A DNA stretch of 64,000 nt from Flavobacteriales bacterium. Lineage in GTDB: Bacteria; Bacteroidota; Bacteroidia; Palsa-965. The translations under genes and the position numbers were made by a program. The notes under the pieces are model-generated. The model did no database searches. It saw only the letters and a program-made list of their open reading frames with translations, and was not told where the DNA came from. The stretch is from positions 64,001-128,000 of the forward strand of contig JBEIPA010000008.1 in the NCBI GenBank assembly GCA_040377305.1, read 5' to 3'. Each line of letters begins with the position of its first letter. Positions within the stretch are counted from its first letter, which is position 1. This document shows positions 40,527 to 50,668 of the stretch, one piece after another.

Positions 40527-42599
40527 ATGAAAAAAACAGTACTTGTACTTTCAGCTCTTCTTTTAACGGGCAAGATTTTCAGTCAGACTGCACTTTTTAG
40601 TAACGCCGGACAATACGCCGGTGTTTCCGGAGGAACTTCCGAAATATTCGACATGTTTTGGAAATCTCCAGGGGTTGGTGGCAACATCTATGCAACTGGT
40701 GTATTTACGGGAAGTGTCGACTTCGATATGGGAACCGGCACAACCACATTGACGTCCAACGGAGGAGCAGACATTTTCATTTCGTGCCAGAGCGACAATG
40801 GAAGTTACCAATGGGTAATAGGAATAGGCGGAACCGGAAGCGACACCGCGTTGAAAATTGAAGAAGGTCCCGACGGACATCTTTATATAGCCGGAGAATT
40901 TTCTGATGCAGTAGACTTTGATGCAGGTTCGGGTGTCAGTACGCTGACTTCGTCTGGTGGAACCGATGCGTTCCTATTGAAGTGTGACATTCTGAATGGC
41001 CAATTCATGTGGGCGAAACAAGTTGCATCGGGCACAGGAAATGAAACAGCCAACTGCATTGCATTTTTCAGTGATTCGTCGATTGCTATTGGTGGCAACT
41101 ACGAAGACACGACTGATCTTAACCCAGGCGCGGGTGTAGCAAACTTCATCACTACGGGATACACCGAGGTATATATTTCGCGCTTGACTGCATCAGGAAA
41201 CTATCAAACTGCGTGGTCCTTCGATGGAAACGGTTTCGATGGCATGTACAGTCTGGTTGTGAATACATCCGATCACCTATTTGCGTTGGGCTATTTCGAA
41301 GATGAAATTGATCTTAGTCCCGACGGCGCACTAACACTTGTAAATAGCACCCTTTGGCCGAACGCCTTCATTGTAAGGTTTGATACAACAGGAGCAACTT
41401 TGGACTATGGAACCTTCGACACGCATCTGAAAATGGGAATGGTTTATGATGCCGGAACACAGCGACTGTTTGTAGCTGGCACGTTGCAGGATTCGCTGGA
41501 TGCAAACCCGGGAAACGGAACATGGATGCTATATGGGAATGTTCCAGGATTTCGTGATGTCTTCGTTATTAACCTTGTACAATCGTTGACTCCGATTGAA
41601 ACAGGAATTGCAGGTGGAGCAAATGATGACACATTTACTTCAATCGGCAATAGCGCCAACTATATTGCCATTGGCGGTCGTACGCAAAGTGTAATTTTCG
41701 ATGCAGCACCCGCTCTCAATGATTCGCTGATGCTTGCGGGAACCGGCAACGATCTTTTCGCCATCGCAATCAACGGCTACGATTTACAATTACAAAATTC
41801 AGGATTAGCATCTGATGTTACCGGATCACGGGACTTCCGCGCAATCGATTGCAATTATGAAGCTGCAGGTTTTGTGATTCACGGCGGTGGATCATTCAAC
41901 GATGTTGTTGACTTTGATCCTGCAGGAAACTATACGCTAAGTACGCCCTCATTCAACACCGAAGCATTCATTTTCAAATGGGGTGTATGCGCACCAATTT
42001 CAGTTGGAACATCTATGGCGGTATGTGATACATTCTATTTTCATAACAATGTGATGTATCCGGTTCCCGGCGCCTTTTACGACACATTACAAAGCGTATG
42101 CGGATCAGACAGTTTGGTTACCACAAATCTGTATCTCTATATCGCAGACACCAGCGTGGCAACAAACGGATTCACGCTCTCGTCAAACCAAAGCGGTCAG
42201 TTGTATCAATGGGTTGACTGTAATAACAACTTCGCGGCAATTTCCGGAGCTACCAATCAAAACTTCTCACCCGCGATTGATGGATCGTATGCCGTTGTAA
42301 TTTCCAACGGAACTTGTTACGATACATCCGGCTGTCACACCATTCTGGGAATAGGCATAAATGAAAATGCTTTTGGACTAATAACAGTGAGTCCGAATCC
42401 ATTTGCCGGTACACTTCAGATTTCAGGAATGAATGGGACCACGCAAATATCAGTGTACAATATTTTAGGTGAAGCTGTTATTTCCACTCAAACTTCATCC
42501 ACCACATTGTCAATTAACACAGAACAACTTCCACAAGGAACTTATCTGCTCACCACAGAATCTGCTGGTAAGAAAAATATAATCAGAGTGGTGAAGTAA
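40527..42599 (+). CDS. T9SS type A cargo, SBBP-type beta-propeller surface protein
   Basis: Repeats G.F...VDFD.G.G...LTS.GG.D.F and a CTD SPNPF...YNILGE...GTYLL. Confidence 0.82.
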   Translation: MKKTVLVLSALLLTGKIFSQTALFSNAGQYAGVSGGTSEIFDMFWKSPGVGGNIYATGVFTGSVDFDMGTGTTTLTSNGGADIFISCQSDNGSYQWVIGIGGTGSDTALKIEEGPDGHLYIAGEFSDAVDFDAGSGVSTLTSSGGTDAFLLKCDILNGQFMWAKQVASGTGNETANCIAFFSDSSIAIGGNYEDTTDLNPGAGVANFITTGYTEVYISRLTASGNYQTAWSFDGNGFDGMYSLVVNTSDHLFALGYFEDEIDLSPDGALTLVNSTLWPNAFIVRFDTTGATLDYGTFDTHLKMGMVYDAGTQRLFVAGTLQDSLDANPGNGTWMLYGNVPGFRDVFVINLVQSLTPIETGIAGGANDDTFTSIGNSANYIAIGGRTQSVIFDAAPALNDSLMLAGTGNDLFAIAINGYDLQLQNSGLASDVTGSRDFRAIDCNYEAAGFVIHGGGSFNDVVDFDPAGNYTLSTPSFNTEAFIFKWGVCAPISVGTSMAVCDTFYFHNNVMYPVPGAFYDTLQSVCGSDSLVTTNLYLYIADTSVATNGFTLSSNQSGQLYQWVDCNNNFAAISGATNQNFSPAIDGSYAVVISNGTCYDTSGCHTILGIGINENAFGLITVSPNPFAGTLQISGMNGTTQISVYNILGEAVISTQTSSTTLSINTEQLPQGTYLLTTESAGKKNIIRVVK

Positions 42600-42631
42600 A
42601 GTTGTAGGAATAATTCCCCCTAATCCTACAC

Positions 42632-42664
42632 ACCGTCCGTGAACTCAGTTTGCGGGCGGTTTTT
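42632..42664 (+). terminator. Rho-independent terminator
   Basis: ACCGTCCGTGAAC-TCA-GTTTGCGGGCGGT followed by a T run (with G-U pairs). Confidence 0.7.
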
Positions 42665-42690
42665 CATTTTACGGAATTTAAGAAATACGG

Positions 42691-42761
42691 CACATCTGTT
42701 TGATGGAACTACCGCGTCTGTTAAACACACCGAAATAGGGGTTCCGGTCTCAATAATTTTG
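42691..42761 (+). promoter_or_regulatory. Candidate LytTR operator and -7 box
   Basis: CACATCTGTT (42691) and CGCGTCTGTT (42713), 22 bp apart. TAATTTTG at 42754-42761. Confidence 0.45.
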
Positions 42762-42805
42762 GTGTAATACTTATCACAGTGCTGAAATCAATAATTTCTT
42801 AACCC

Positions 42806-45800
42806 ATGAAAAAGCTCATTCTACTATATGCAATTGGCATTTTAGGTGCATTGCAAACACAGGCACAAACTATTTCCCACATGTGGTCCCGCGCCGCTGG
42901 TGGAAGCAATAATGATGCAGCTCACGGTATTGAAGTAGATGCGTCGGGTAACGTGTACACTGCGGGATACTTCTATGGTACAGTAGATTTTGATCCCGGC
43001 CCCGGAACATTAAATCTGACCTCCGCAGGTTCGTACGACATATTTGTTCAGAAACTAGATGCCAACGGAAGTCTGCTTTGGGTAAAACAAATTGGTGGTA
43101 GCGCTGGCAGCGAAGTTGCATTCGCGCTCGACGTTGATCCAAGTGGTAATATTCATTTTACTGGATACTTCGTCGGCACAGTTGATTTCGATCCTGGTGT
43201 GGGAACTGCAAACCTCACCTCTTCAAGCGGCGCAGACGTTTACGTTTGCAAGCTGGATAATAATGGAAATTATATCTGGGCTGTTGCGAATTCTGCTGCG
43301 AGTACTCAAAACGAACAAGGAATGGGTATCGCAGTTGATGGATCTGGAAATGTTTACTACACCGGCCTATTCCGTACCAACATGGACGTAAACCCGGGTG
43401 GACCAACTGTGACAATCTACACCGGAGCAGGAAACCTTCAGGTATTCATGATCAAACTCGATGCGACAGGTGCTTATGTGTGGGGTAAAGGTTTCAACGG
43501 TACAGGAACATCAGTGGGTAACGCAATTGCACTTGATCCAACCGGATCTGATGTTTACATCACGGGGTATTACAGCGGAACAGTGGATGTTGATCCGACC
43601 GCGCCTCTACTCAACCGTACAGCAGTTGGTCAGAATGATATTTTCATCGAGAAACTGTCTTCAGCAGGAACCTTCGGCTGGTGCATTAACTACGGAAGTA
43701 GTTACAACGAAGCGGGACAAGGTATCGCTATTACAGCAGCAGGAATAACCGCAACAGGCTCTTTCGCTGGCACCATCGATTTCGATGCCGGTGCTGGAAC
43801 AGCAAACATGCAAACTGACCTGATGTCGGGCAACACTGATGTGTATGTTCTTCGACTTACAACTGCGGGCGCATACTCGTGGTCGAAAAGTATTGGTGGA
43901 ACGGGTGTTGATGCGGGGTATGCAACTGCTGTAGATCAAAGCGGAAATGTATATACGACAGGATACTTCTCCGGCACTGCTGATCTCAATCCATCTGCGA
44001 CAACCCAAAATGCTACTTCGGCTGGAGTTGAAGATATTTTTGTCATGAAGCTTGATGGCTCCGGAAATTTTATTTGGAGCGGCGCATTAGGAAGTGCCGG
44101 TGCCGATATGGGCAACGCAATTTTCGGAACCTCTGCAAACAACGTGTACTATGCTGGTCACTACAGCGGCAGCATGGATTTCAATCCGGGTGCAGGAACA
44201 ACAACACTTGCAAACAGCGGTATGCGCGACATTTTTGTGTCGCGTTGGAATCAATGCACTGCGGCTCCATCAGCACCCGGGGTAATTTCCGGTGCAACTC
44301 CTGTTTGCGTTGGATCGACACAAACGTATAGTGTGACTGCGGTTGCAGGAGTAACGTATACATGGACACTGCCTGGTTTATGGAGTGGAAGTTCGAATTC
44401 AAATTCCATCGCTGCAACCGTAGGTGCGGGAAGCGGAAACATTACATGTACAGCGTCAAACGGATGCGGTACAAGTTCAACATCTACTTTGGCGGTGACC
44501 CATGCAACAATGCCAGTAACTCCATCAGCCATTTCAGGTTCGGCTACAGTTTGCGCCGGCAATGTTGTGACGTACAGTGTAACGCCAGTTGCAGGCATAA
44601 CTTACGCATGGACACTTCCGGGTGGATGGCCGGGTGGATCACCAAGCAATGTTGTTACGAGCACTGCAGGATCAAGCAGCGGAACCGTTTCGGTAACTGC
44701 AAGCAACGTGTGTGGTACAAGTTCAGCGTCAACATTGGCTGTAACATCAAGCGCCATTCCGGCAATGCCAAGTGTAATTTCGGGACCAGATACTATGTGT
44801 CCGGGTGCAATCAATACTTACAGCGTAACACCGGTTGCGGGAGTAACATACAATTGGACGTTACCACCAAGTTGGACAGGAAATTCAACATCTAACTCGA
44901 TCACCGCAACCGCAGGAACTGCAAGTGGATTTATTGAAGTTACAGCAACTAACTCTTGCGGAACAAGTGTACAGAGTTGGATAACGGTTGTTGTCAATAA
45001 CATTCCAACTAATCTTGGACCACTAACAGGTCAATCGCCGATCTGTGAAGGAAGTACACAGGTGTATACGGTAGCGAGCTATCCAGGCGCGACCTACACA
45101 TGGACACTACCTGCAACATGGACCGGTAACTCCACAACCAATTCACTTACCGCAATCGCAGGTTCTGCTGGTGGAACACTTTCCGTTGTTGCATCCAACG
45201 CCTGCGGAACCGGAAATCCGTCCTCGTACAACATTGCTGTAACAAATATTCCTGCGTCTCCTGTAAACATTGGCGGACCAGATACAGTATGTGGAAATTC
45301 CAATGCGACGTACTCTTGTTCCTCAATGCCAGGTGCAACATCATACACGTGGACCTTGCCTGGAGGTTGGAGCGGCTCATCAACATCAACATCAATAAAT
45401 GTTGTCACAGGAAATATCAGCGGAACTGTACAGGTTACTGCGAATAATACGTGCGGCAGCTCCGTCCCTAATAGCTATTCTGTCTTCACGGACACAGTTC
45501 CACTCGCTCCTGCCGCTATCACCGGAACAAGTGTTCTGTGCGAAAACAGTCCGTATGTATTTACATGCAGTTCAGTTGCGAATGCGACAACGTACAACTG
45601 GACTTATCCTTCAGGATGGACAGGAACCACTTCAGCAAATTCACTGAACGGAATAGTTGATAGTAATGGAGGATTAGTTTCTGTTTCGGTGACCAACCTC
45701 TGCGGAACATCAAACATGGCAACGTTAAGCGTAACAGTAAATCCTATGCCGGTTACATCAATCACAACAACAGGTGGAGGAATGGTTGCGGATGAACTCA

Positions 45801-46198
45801 ACGCAACCTACCAGTGGCTCGACTGCGTAAACAGTATGAGCACAATTGCAGGTGCAACAGCACAACAATTTGTTCCTTCATCAAACGGCTCCTATGCAGT
45901 TGAAGTGAACCTCAATGGTTGTATAGATACCAGTGCATGCGACTCATTCCTTACTGCCGAAACCCTTGAATTAAACCGTAACATCATGCTCGTGTATCCG
46001 AATCCTACATACTCAGAAGTTTATTTGCCGGGAGTAGCAAACAATACGTTAATTGAAGTGTGTGATCTTACCGGTCGCATCGTGAAAGAAGTCTACTATA
46101 GTGGCGCTCTTTCGCTCAGTGAACTTGCTGCGGGTACGTACGTACTTCGCGTTTATACAGAAGACGGAACATTCACGAAGAGCATACAGAAACAATAA
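42806..46198 (+). CDS. Large T9SS type A adhesin-like protein: SBBP propeller plus six Cys-containing Ig/PKD-like repeats
   Basis: DFDPG.G repeats, six ~82-aa P..ISG...VC...Y.WT.P..W.G...N.CG repeats and a CTD VYPNPT...GTYVL. Confidence 0.85.
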   Translation: MKKLILLYAIGILGALQTQAQTISHMWSRAAGGSNNDAAHGIEVDASGNVYTAGYFYGTVDFDPGPGTLNLTSAGSYDIFVQKLDANGSLLWVKQIGGSAGSEVAFALDVDPSGNIHFTGYFVGTVDFDPGVGTANLTSSSGADVYVCKLDNNGNYIWAVANSAASTQNEQGMGIAVDGSGNVYYTGLFRTNMDVNPGGPTVTIYTGAGNLQVFMIKLDATGAYVWGKGFNGTGTSVGNAIALDPTGSDVYITGYYSGTVDVDPTAPLLNRTAVGQNDIFIEKLSSAGTFGWCINYGSSYNEAGQGIAITAAGITATGSFAGTIDFDAGAGTANMQTDLMSGNTDVYVLRLTTAGAYSWSKSIGGTGVDAGYATAVDQSGNVYTTGYFSGTADLNPSATTQNATSAGVEDIFVMKLDGSGNFIWSGALGSAGADMGNAIFGTSANNVYYAGHYSGSMDFNPGAGTTTLANSGMRDIFVSRWNQCTAAPSAPGVISGATPVCVGSTQTYSVTAVAGVTYTWTLPGLWSGSSNSNSIAATVGAGSGNITCTASNGCGTSSTSTLAVTHATMPVTPSAISGSATVCAGNVVTYSVTPVAGITYAWTLPGGWPGGSPSNVVTSTAGSSSGTVSVTASNVCGTSSASTLAVTSSAIPAMPSVISGPDTMCPGAINTYSVTPVAGVTYNWTLPPSWTGNSTSNSITATAGTASGFIEVTATNSCGTSVQSWITVVVNNIPTNLGPLTGQSPICEGSTQVYTVASYPGATYTWTLPATWTGNSTTNSLTAIAGSAGGTLSVVASNACGTGNPSSYNIAVTNIPASPVNIGGPDTVCGNSNATYSCSSMPGATSYTWTLPGGWSGSSTSTSINVVTGNISGTVQVTANNTCGSSVPNSYSVFTDTVPLAPAAITGTSVLCENSPYVFTCSSVANATTYNWTYPSGWTGTTSANSLNGIVDSNGGLVSVSVTNLCGTSNMATLSVTVNPMPVTSITTTGGGMVADELNATYQWLDCVNSMSTIAGATAQQFVPSSNGSYAVEVNLNGCIDTSACDSFLTAETLELNRNIMLVYPNPTYSEVYLPGVANNTLIEVCDLTGRIVKEVYYSGALSLSELAAGTYVLRVYTEDGTFTKSIQKQ

Positions 46199-46210
46199 TC
46201 CCTACAATGC

Positions 46211-46246
46211 AAAACGAGGAGCTTCTGTTGAAGACTCCTCGTTTTT
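46211..46246. terminator. Bidirectional terminator
   Basis: AAAACGAGGAG-CTTCTGTTGAAGA-CTCCTCGTTTTT between convergent genes. Confidence 0.85.
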
Positions 46247-46264
46247 GTCATTTTCTGGATTAGC

Positions 46265-47008
46265 TTAAACCGATTTCAGATACTCCAACAACGCATCTTT
46301 CTTTCTGCTCGACACAGGAACCGTTTGTCCACCGTCGAGCACCAGACTTCCACCATCGGTTTTATCGAAGCGAACTATGCGGTTCAGATTTACGAGATAC
46401 GTGTTGTGTACGCGCATGAAGCCAAATCCTTCGAGCAGTTCCTCGTATTCCTTGATATTTTTTGAGACCATCACTTTCTCTCCATTACCAATGAAAAAGT
46501 GTGTGTACACTCCTTCTGCCTGTAGATAAGCAATGTCGCTTACCTTGATTACATAAATTGCCTTCTGATCCTTCAGCACAATTTTCTTCTCCTCATCCGA
46601 ATTGCGCATGCGGTTGTTCAGCACACTCAACTGACTCATCAATTCGTTTTGTTTCGCGCGGAATGAAGCACGTTTTACCGCTTCTGCCAGTAAATCCGGC
46701 TCAACGGGTTTCAACAAAAAATCGATCGCACTGAAACGAAATGCATCCACCGCGTATTTGTTGTACGCAGTAATAAATACCACCTGAAAATTAATGTCCT
46801 GAACTTTATTCAGCATGTCCATTCCGGTTCCGTCCTGCATTTCTACATCGGTAAAAAGCAGGTCCGGTTGAATTTCGTGAATGGCGCGTATCCCGGCCAC
46901 TACTCCGTCGGCTTCGTGAATGGACGTAACCTGCGGACAAAATTTCTCAAGCATCAAGCGCAAGCCTTCGCGAATTTCTTTTTGATCGTCTACAATCAGT
47001 GTTTTCAT
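46265..47008 (-). CDS. LytTR-family response regulator
   Basis: REC domain (VDD, TDVEM, FITAY, KP) plus LytTR domain (FMRVHNTYLVN, VPVS). Confidence 0.93.
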   Translation of the reverse strand: MKTLIVDDQKEIREGLRLMLEKFCPQVTSIHEADGVVAGIRAIHEIQPDLLFTDVEMQDGTGMDMLNKVQDINFQVVFITAYNKYAVDAFRFSAIDFLLKPVEPDLLAEAVKRASFRAKQNELMSQLSVLNNRMRNSDEEKKIVLKDQKAIYVIKVSDIAYLQAEGVYTHFFIGNGEKVMVSKNIKEYEELLEGFGFMRVHNTYLVNLNRIVRFDKTDGGSLVLDGGQTVPVSSRKKDALLEYLKSV

Positions 47009-48870
47009 GCGTTGATCAAAGGTAGTTTAACCAAAGCAGAAAAGCCGCGTTTTTCATTGGTAAAACCAACTTTAATTTCCGACTTCGAACCCCGCGATTT
47101 ATCGAGAAGCATCAAGCGATCTTCAATGATCTTTCCGGCACGTGAAGGATACCCTTCATGGGCATTGCCACCGGCATTCGCAGTCCCGTTATCAAGAACC
47201 TCTACAACCAGGGAGTTATCTGTTATTGAGAACAGAACCTTGATCTCACCTTTATATCCAATCTTTTTGAAACCATGCTCGATGGAGTTTTCCAGAAACG
47301 GTTGTACAATCATGGACGGAACCATGTATTGTTCCGGATCAAGTTCCCCAATGTCAATGGAAAAATCAAAAACATCCGGATACACAAGTTTTTGTACTTC
47401 CAGATAACCGGTGATGTATTCCACTTCTTCTTCAACAGATACGAGTTCGCTGTAGGTACTTTCCAACGTCTGTCGCATCACTTTCGCATAACGTGCGAGA
47501 TACAAAGGCACTTTATCCTCATTGCCCTTCTTCATGCTGAAAGTTTGCAAAGTAGTCAACGCATTGAAGAAAAAGTGTGGATTCATGCGCGCACGATTCA
47601 AACGCAATTCTGCTTGCAGATTTTCCTGTGCCGCCTTGAGTGAACGCTGACGAAACAACACAAATATTGCCACCAGCAAAACGACGAGAACCGAAATTCC
47701 CAGAATCAGAATATTGATACGAAGACTCTTTACCTCGGCCTCGTGGTTCAGCCGTTCAATCTCCTCTTCGTTTCTTGCTTTGTTGTATTTCTGCTCAAGC
47801 GTATTGATAATGTCCGTCCTCTCCAGCGACGCAAGACTGTCATTGAGATGAGTCATTCTGCTTTGCGCAGCAAAAGCTTCCTTGTAACGATCAAGTTTCA
47901 TCAGCGCCTTCATCTGAATTTCAAGGGAAGCGATGATGAGATCAACTTGTCCCCATTCTTCGGACAGTGCAACGGCAGAGTCGGCATACATCAACGCTTT
48001 TTCTGTATTGTTCAGCGCAAACCACGATTCACTTTGCGTTCCGTAAATCCGGATCAAAGTCACTTTATCCGACTTGCGATTAATGCTCATCAGCGCGCTA
48101 TCACAATATATCAAAGCACGTTCGTTCTGTCCGGTTGCCAGATAATATTCTGCGAATAAATCATAGGAGTGAATGAGTGCTTTCCTGTTACCGGCAGATT
48201 TCGCCAATGGCAACGCGATGTTGAGGTAATAAATTACGCTGTCAAGGTAGGTTGAATCATGTCCTTCCTCGAAGATCGTTCCGTACGTGCCGGCAATCAA
48301 AGCCGATATTCTCGCTGTACCGGAACTATCATTCAACTCTCCAAGTACATTCAGTGCTTTGATCTGATAGCTCACGGCTTTAAATGGCTGATCCATATCA
48401 GTAAGCATGATGCCTAGATTTGCATACGATTTATACAACAGCTCGTTGTAATCATGAAATTCACAAATCTCACTGCACCGTAATTGAAAATCTACCGCAG
48501 AATCCTTGCGATTGGTCTGGTGAAAATCTTTCGCCAAGAGAAAATAGAACATGGCCTTAAGCGAATCATGACAACCATCGTCGGAAATCCAAATCCTTGA
48601 GTCGAGAAGTATCCTTTCGCTTTTGCGGTATTCCGATTGTTTAAACTGAACGTCTGCATGAGCAAACTCAGCAAGATATTTACAGTTGTCGTCTTTCAGA
48701 GTGTTCGCGAGACTATCAGCACTTGCAAATGCTCTTGCCGCAATTAATTTCGCATGTTGACTGAGATAAGAGCCGGTTTGTACACAACCGCACTCAGTTT
48801 GCGCACCAAGCCGCAGATTGCCGATGATAACAGCAGATACCACGAGTAGAAAAATTCTTAGCAGGGGCAT
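47005..48870 (-). CDS. LytS-type histidine kinase with periplasmic TPR sensor
   Basis: TPR-like helices, one TM, RARMNPHFFFNAL and QPFLENSIEHG. Confidence 0.9.
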   Translation of the reverse strand: MPLLRIFLLVVSAVIIGNLRLGAQTECGCVQTGSYLSQHAKLIAARAFASADSLANTLKDDNCKYLAEFAHADVQFKQSEYRKSERILLDSRIWISDDGCHDSLKAMFYFLLAKDFHQTNRKDSAVDFQLRCSEICEFHDYNELLYKSYANLGIMLTDMDQPFKAVSYQIKALNVLGELNDSSGTARISALIAGTYGTIFEEGHDSTYLDSVIYYLNIALPLAKSAGNRKALIHSYDLFAEYYLATGQNERALIYCDSALMSINRKSDKVTLIRIYGTQSESWFALNNTEKALMYADSAVALSEEWGQVDLIIASLEIQMKALMKLDRYKEAFAAQSRMTHLNDSLASLERTDIINTLEQKYNKARNEEEIERLNHEAEVKSLRINILILGISVLVVLLVAIFVLFRQRSLKAAQENLQAELRLNRARMNPHFFFNALTTLQTFSMKKGNEDKVPLYLARYAKVMRQTLESTYSELVSVEEEVEYITGYLEVQKLVYPDVFDFSIDIGELDPEQYMVPSMIVQPFLENSIEHGFKKIGYKGEIKVLFSITDNSLVVEVLDNGTANAGGNAHEGYPSRAGKIIEDRLMLLDKSRGSKSEIKVGFTNEKRGFSALVKLPLINA

Positions 48871-48945
48871 TTTCAAAATTAATCAATAAAGGACTACTGA
48901 ATACTTCACACTCAACTGCTGTTGCTGACTTCTCTTTAGTTATTT

Positions 48946-50448
48946 TTGGACATGTCCTGGCTCCTCTACACAATTTTTCTGCTGATTGCCTGTTGGGTCA
49001 TTTTCCGTCATCGCTATTTTCTGTTACCTGGATTACCACGCACCTCCGCAATCTGGTTTTTCGCCCTAAAGCTTATTGCCGGAATCGCAATTTGGTACGT
49101 GTACACCTACTACTATCCGCAGCGCGAGTATGCCGACATCTGGAAATACTACGACGATAGTGAAGTCGTTTACCGTGCACTCGACAATTCAACAGGGGAT
49201 TATTTCCGTTTAATTTCCGGAATCGGAATTGACGAACGCATGCAACACCAGTATGTCGATAAGATGCAGCATTGGGATCAGCAGTTCGAGAATAACCTGT
49301 TCAACGATTCACATACGATCATCCGATTCAATGCAATTCTGCGTTTGATTTCCGGTGGAAATTATCACACGCATTCATTGGTTATGTGTTTCCTTGCATT
49401 CATCGGATTGTGCGCGTTGTATCACTGGCTGTACAAGTTTCTCTGGCAATGGAAGAAAGTTGTCGCGTTCATTTTGTTTGTCTCTCCTTCCCTCCTCTTC
49501 TGGAGTTCCGGTGTGCTGAAAGAAGGAATTCTTTTTTTCTCATTGGGGATGCTGATTCTTCATGCATGGAGATTTGCCGAAGACAAAAAGAAATACCGCC
49601 TCATTTGGATTTGCATTTCGGTTGCTCTTCTGGCCATGACGAAATTGTATATGCTGGTCTTTGTGATTCCGTCGTTATTGTTTGCACTGCATCTGGTGAA
49701 ACATCCACGCTTTGCTTTCGTGAAGTTTGTCAGCTTACTCGTACTGCTTTTTGGAATTGCATTGGGTATCGACAAAGCGAAACCCGAATTCTCTCCATTC
49801 AAAATCATCGCGAACAAGCAAAATGACTTTTTGAATCTGGCGCGTGGTGGAACATACCTGATGGATTCGATGTACGTGGTTTATATCCGCCCGGATCAAT
49901 CAATCACGACTCAGAAATCGAGAATATTTTATGAATATGTAGTTGCTCCTAACACGGAAATTATTTACTGGAATATCGCTGATGATTTCAGAGATACATT
50001 GCGAAGAACAACCACAAAACATGAAGCATACAAGATGTTGTCATCAACTCCGGTTGCGGGAAGTCTGATGAACGTTAAACAACTCCAACCCAATGTGAGT
50101 TCTGTTCTGCGTGAAGTTCCCGGTGCGTTGCAACGAAGTATTTTCCGTCCGTGGCCCTGGGAAATAAGTCCGGTGATGATCATTCCTGCGACGCTGGAAA
50201 ATATTTTCATGTTCGCACTCATTCTAGCGATGCTGTTGTGGTACAAAAAACCATCATCAAAAGCTTTGTTCTGGTTTTGTGTTTGCTATGCGCTGATTAC
50301 GTTAACGGTTACAGGACTCACAACTCCGGTTCTGGGTGCATTGGTGAGATATAGAATCACAGCGGTACCGTTCCTGCTTTTTGCAATACTTCTGTGCATT
50401 GATCGGGAGCGATTGGTAAAAAGATTCCCTTTCTTCAGAACATTTTAG
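48946..50448 (+). CDS. Polytopic membrane protein (possible GT-C/polysaccharide-related)
   Basis: About 11 TM helices with AD..KYY, PSLLFWSSG.LKE and GALVRYR motifs. Confidence 0.55.
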   Translation: MDMSWLLYTIFLLIACWVIFRHRYFLLPGLPRTSAIWFFALKLIAGIAIWYVYTYYYPQREYADIWKYYDDSEVVYRALDNSTGDYFRLISGIGIDERMQHQYVDKMQHWDQQFENNLFNDSHTIIRFNAILRLISGGNYHTHSLVMCFLAFIGLCALYHWLYKFLWQWKKVVAFILFVSPSLLFWSSGVLKEGILFFSLGMLILHAWRFAEDKKKYRLIWICISVALLAMTKLYMLVFVIPSLLFALHLVKHPRFAFVKFVSLLVLLFGIALGIDKAKPEFSPFKIIANKQNDFLNLARGGTYLMDSMYVVYIRPDQSITTQKSRIFYEYVVAPNTEIIYWNIADDFRDTLRRTTTKHEAYKMLSSTPVAGSLMNVKQLQPNVSSVLREVPGALQRSIFRPWPWEISPVMIIPATLENIFMFALILAMLLWYKKPSSKALFWFCVCYALITLTVTGLTTPVLGALVRYRITAVPFLLFAILLCIDRERLVKRFPFFRTF

Positions 50449-50668
50449 GTGTTGTGCTGTTTTCAATTCGCTGAGCGAATGAAAAATCTAAATGATATAA
50501 AAGGGGTGTTGCTTCGCAACACACGTCAGGCTCCTATTGGGAGCCTGTTACGGTCAGAAAACGGTCAAGTTTCATTGGAAAGGACCCGATTTTTACCACT
50601 TTCTGCGCCCCGTTTTTCCCTATTTTTGGCTCTCATCAAACTACCCTACAGGTACTCCTGTTCCGCCT

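Noticed and set aside
44255-45750. DNA-level repeats in the large adhesin as a possible DGR or mobile element
   Set aside because: They are explained by six diverged Ig/PKD-like protein repeats. There is no reverse transcriptase or template/variable repeat pair.
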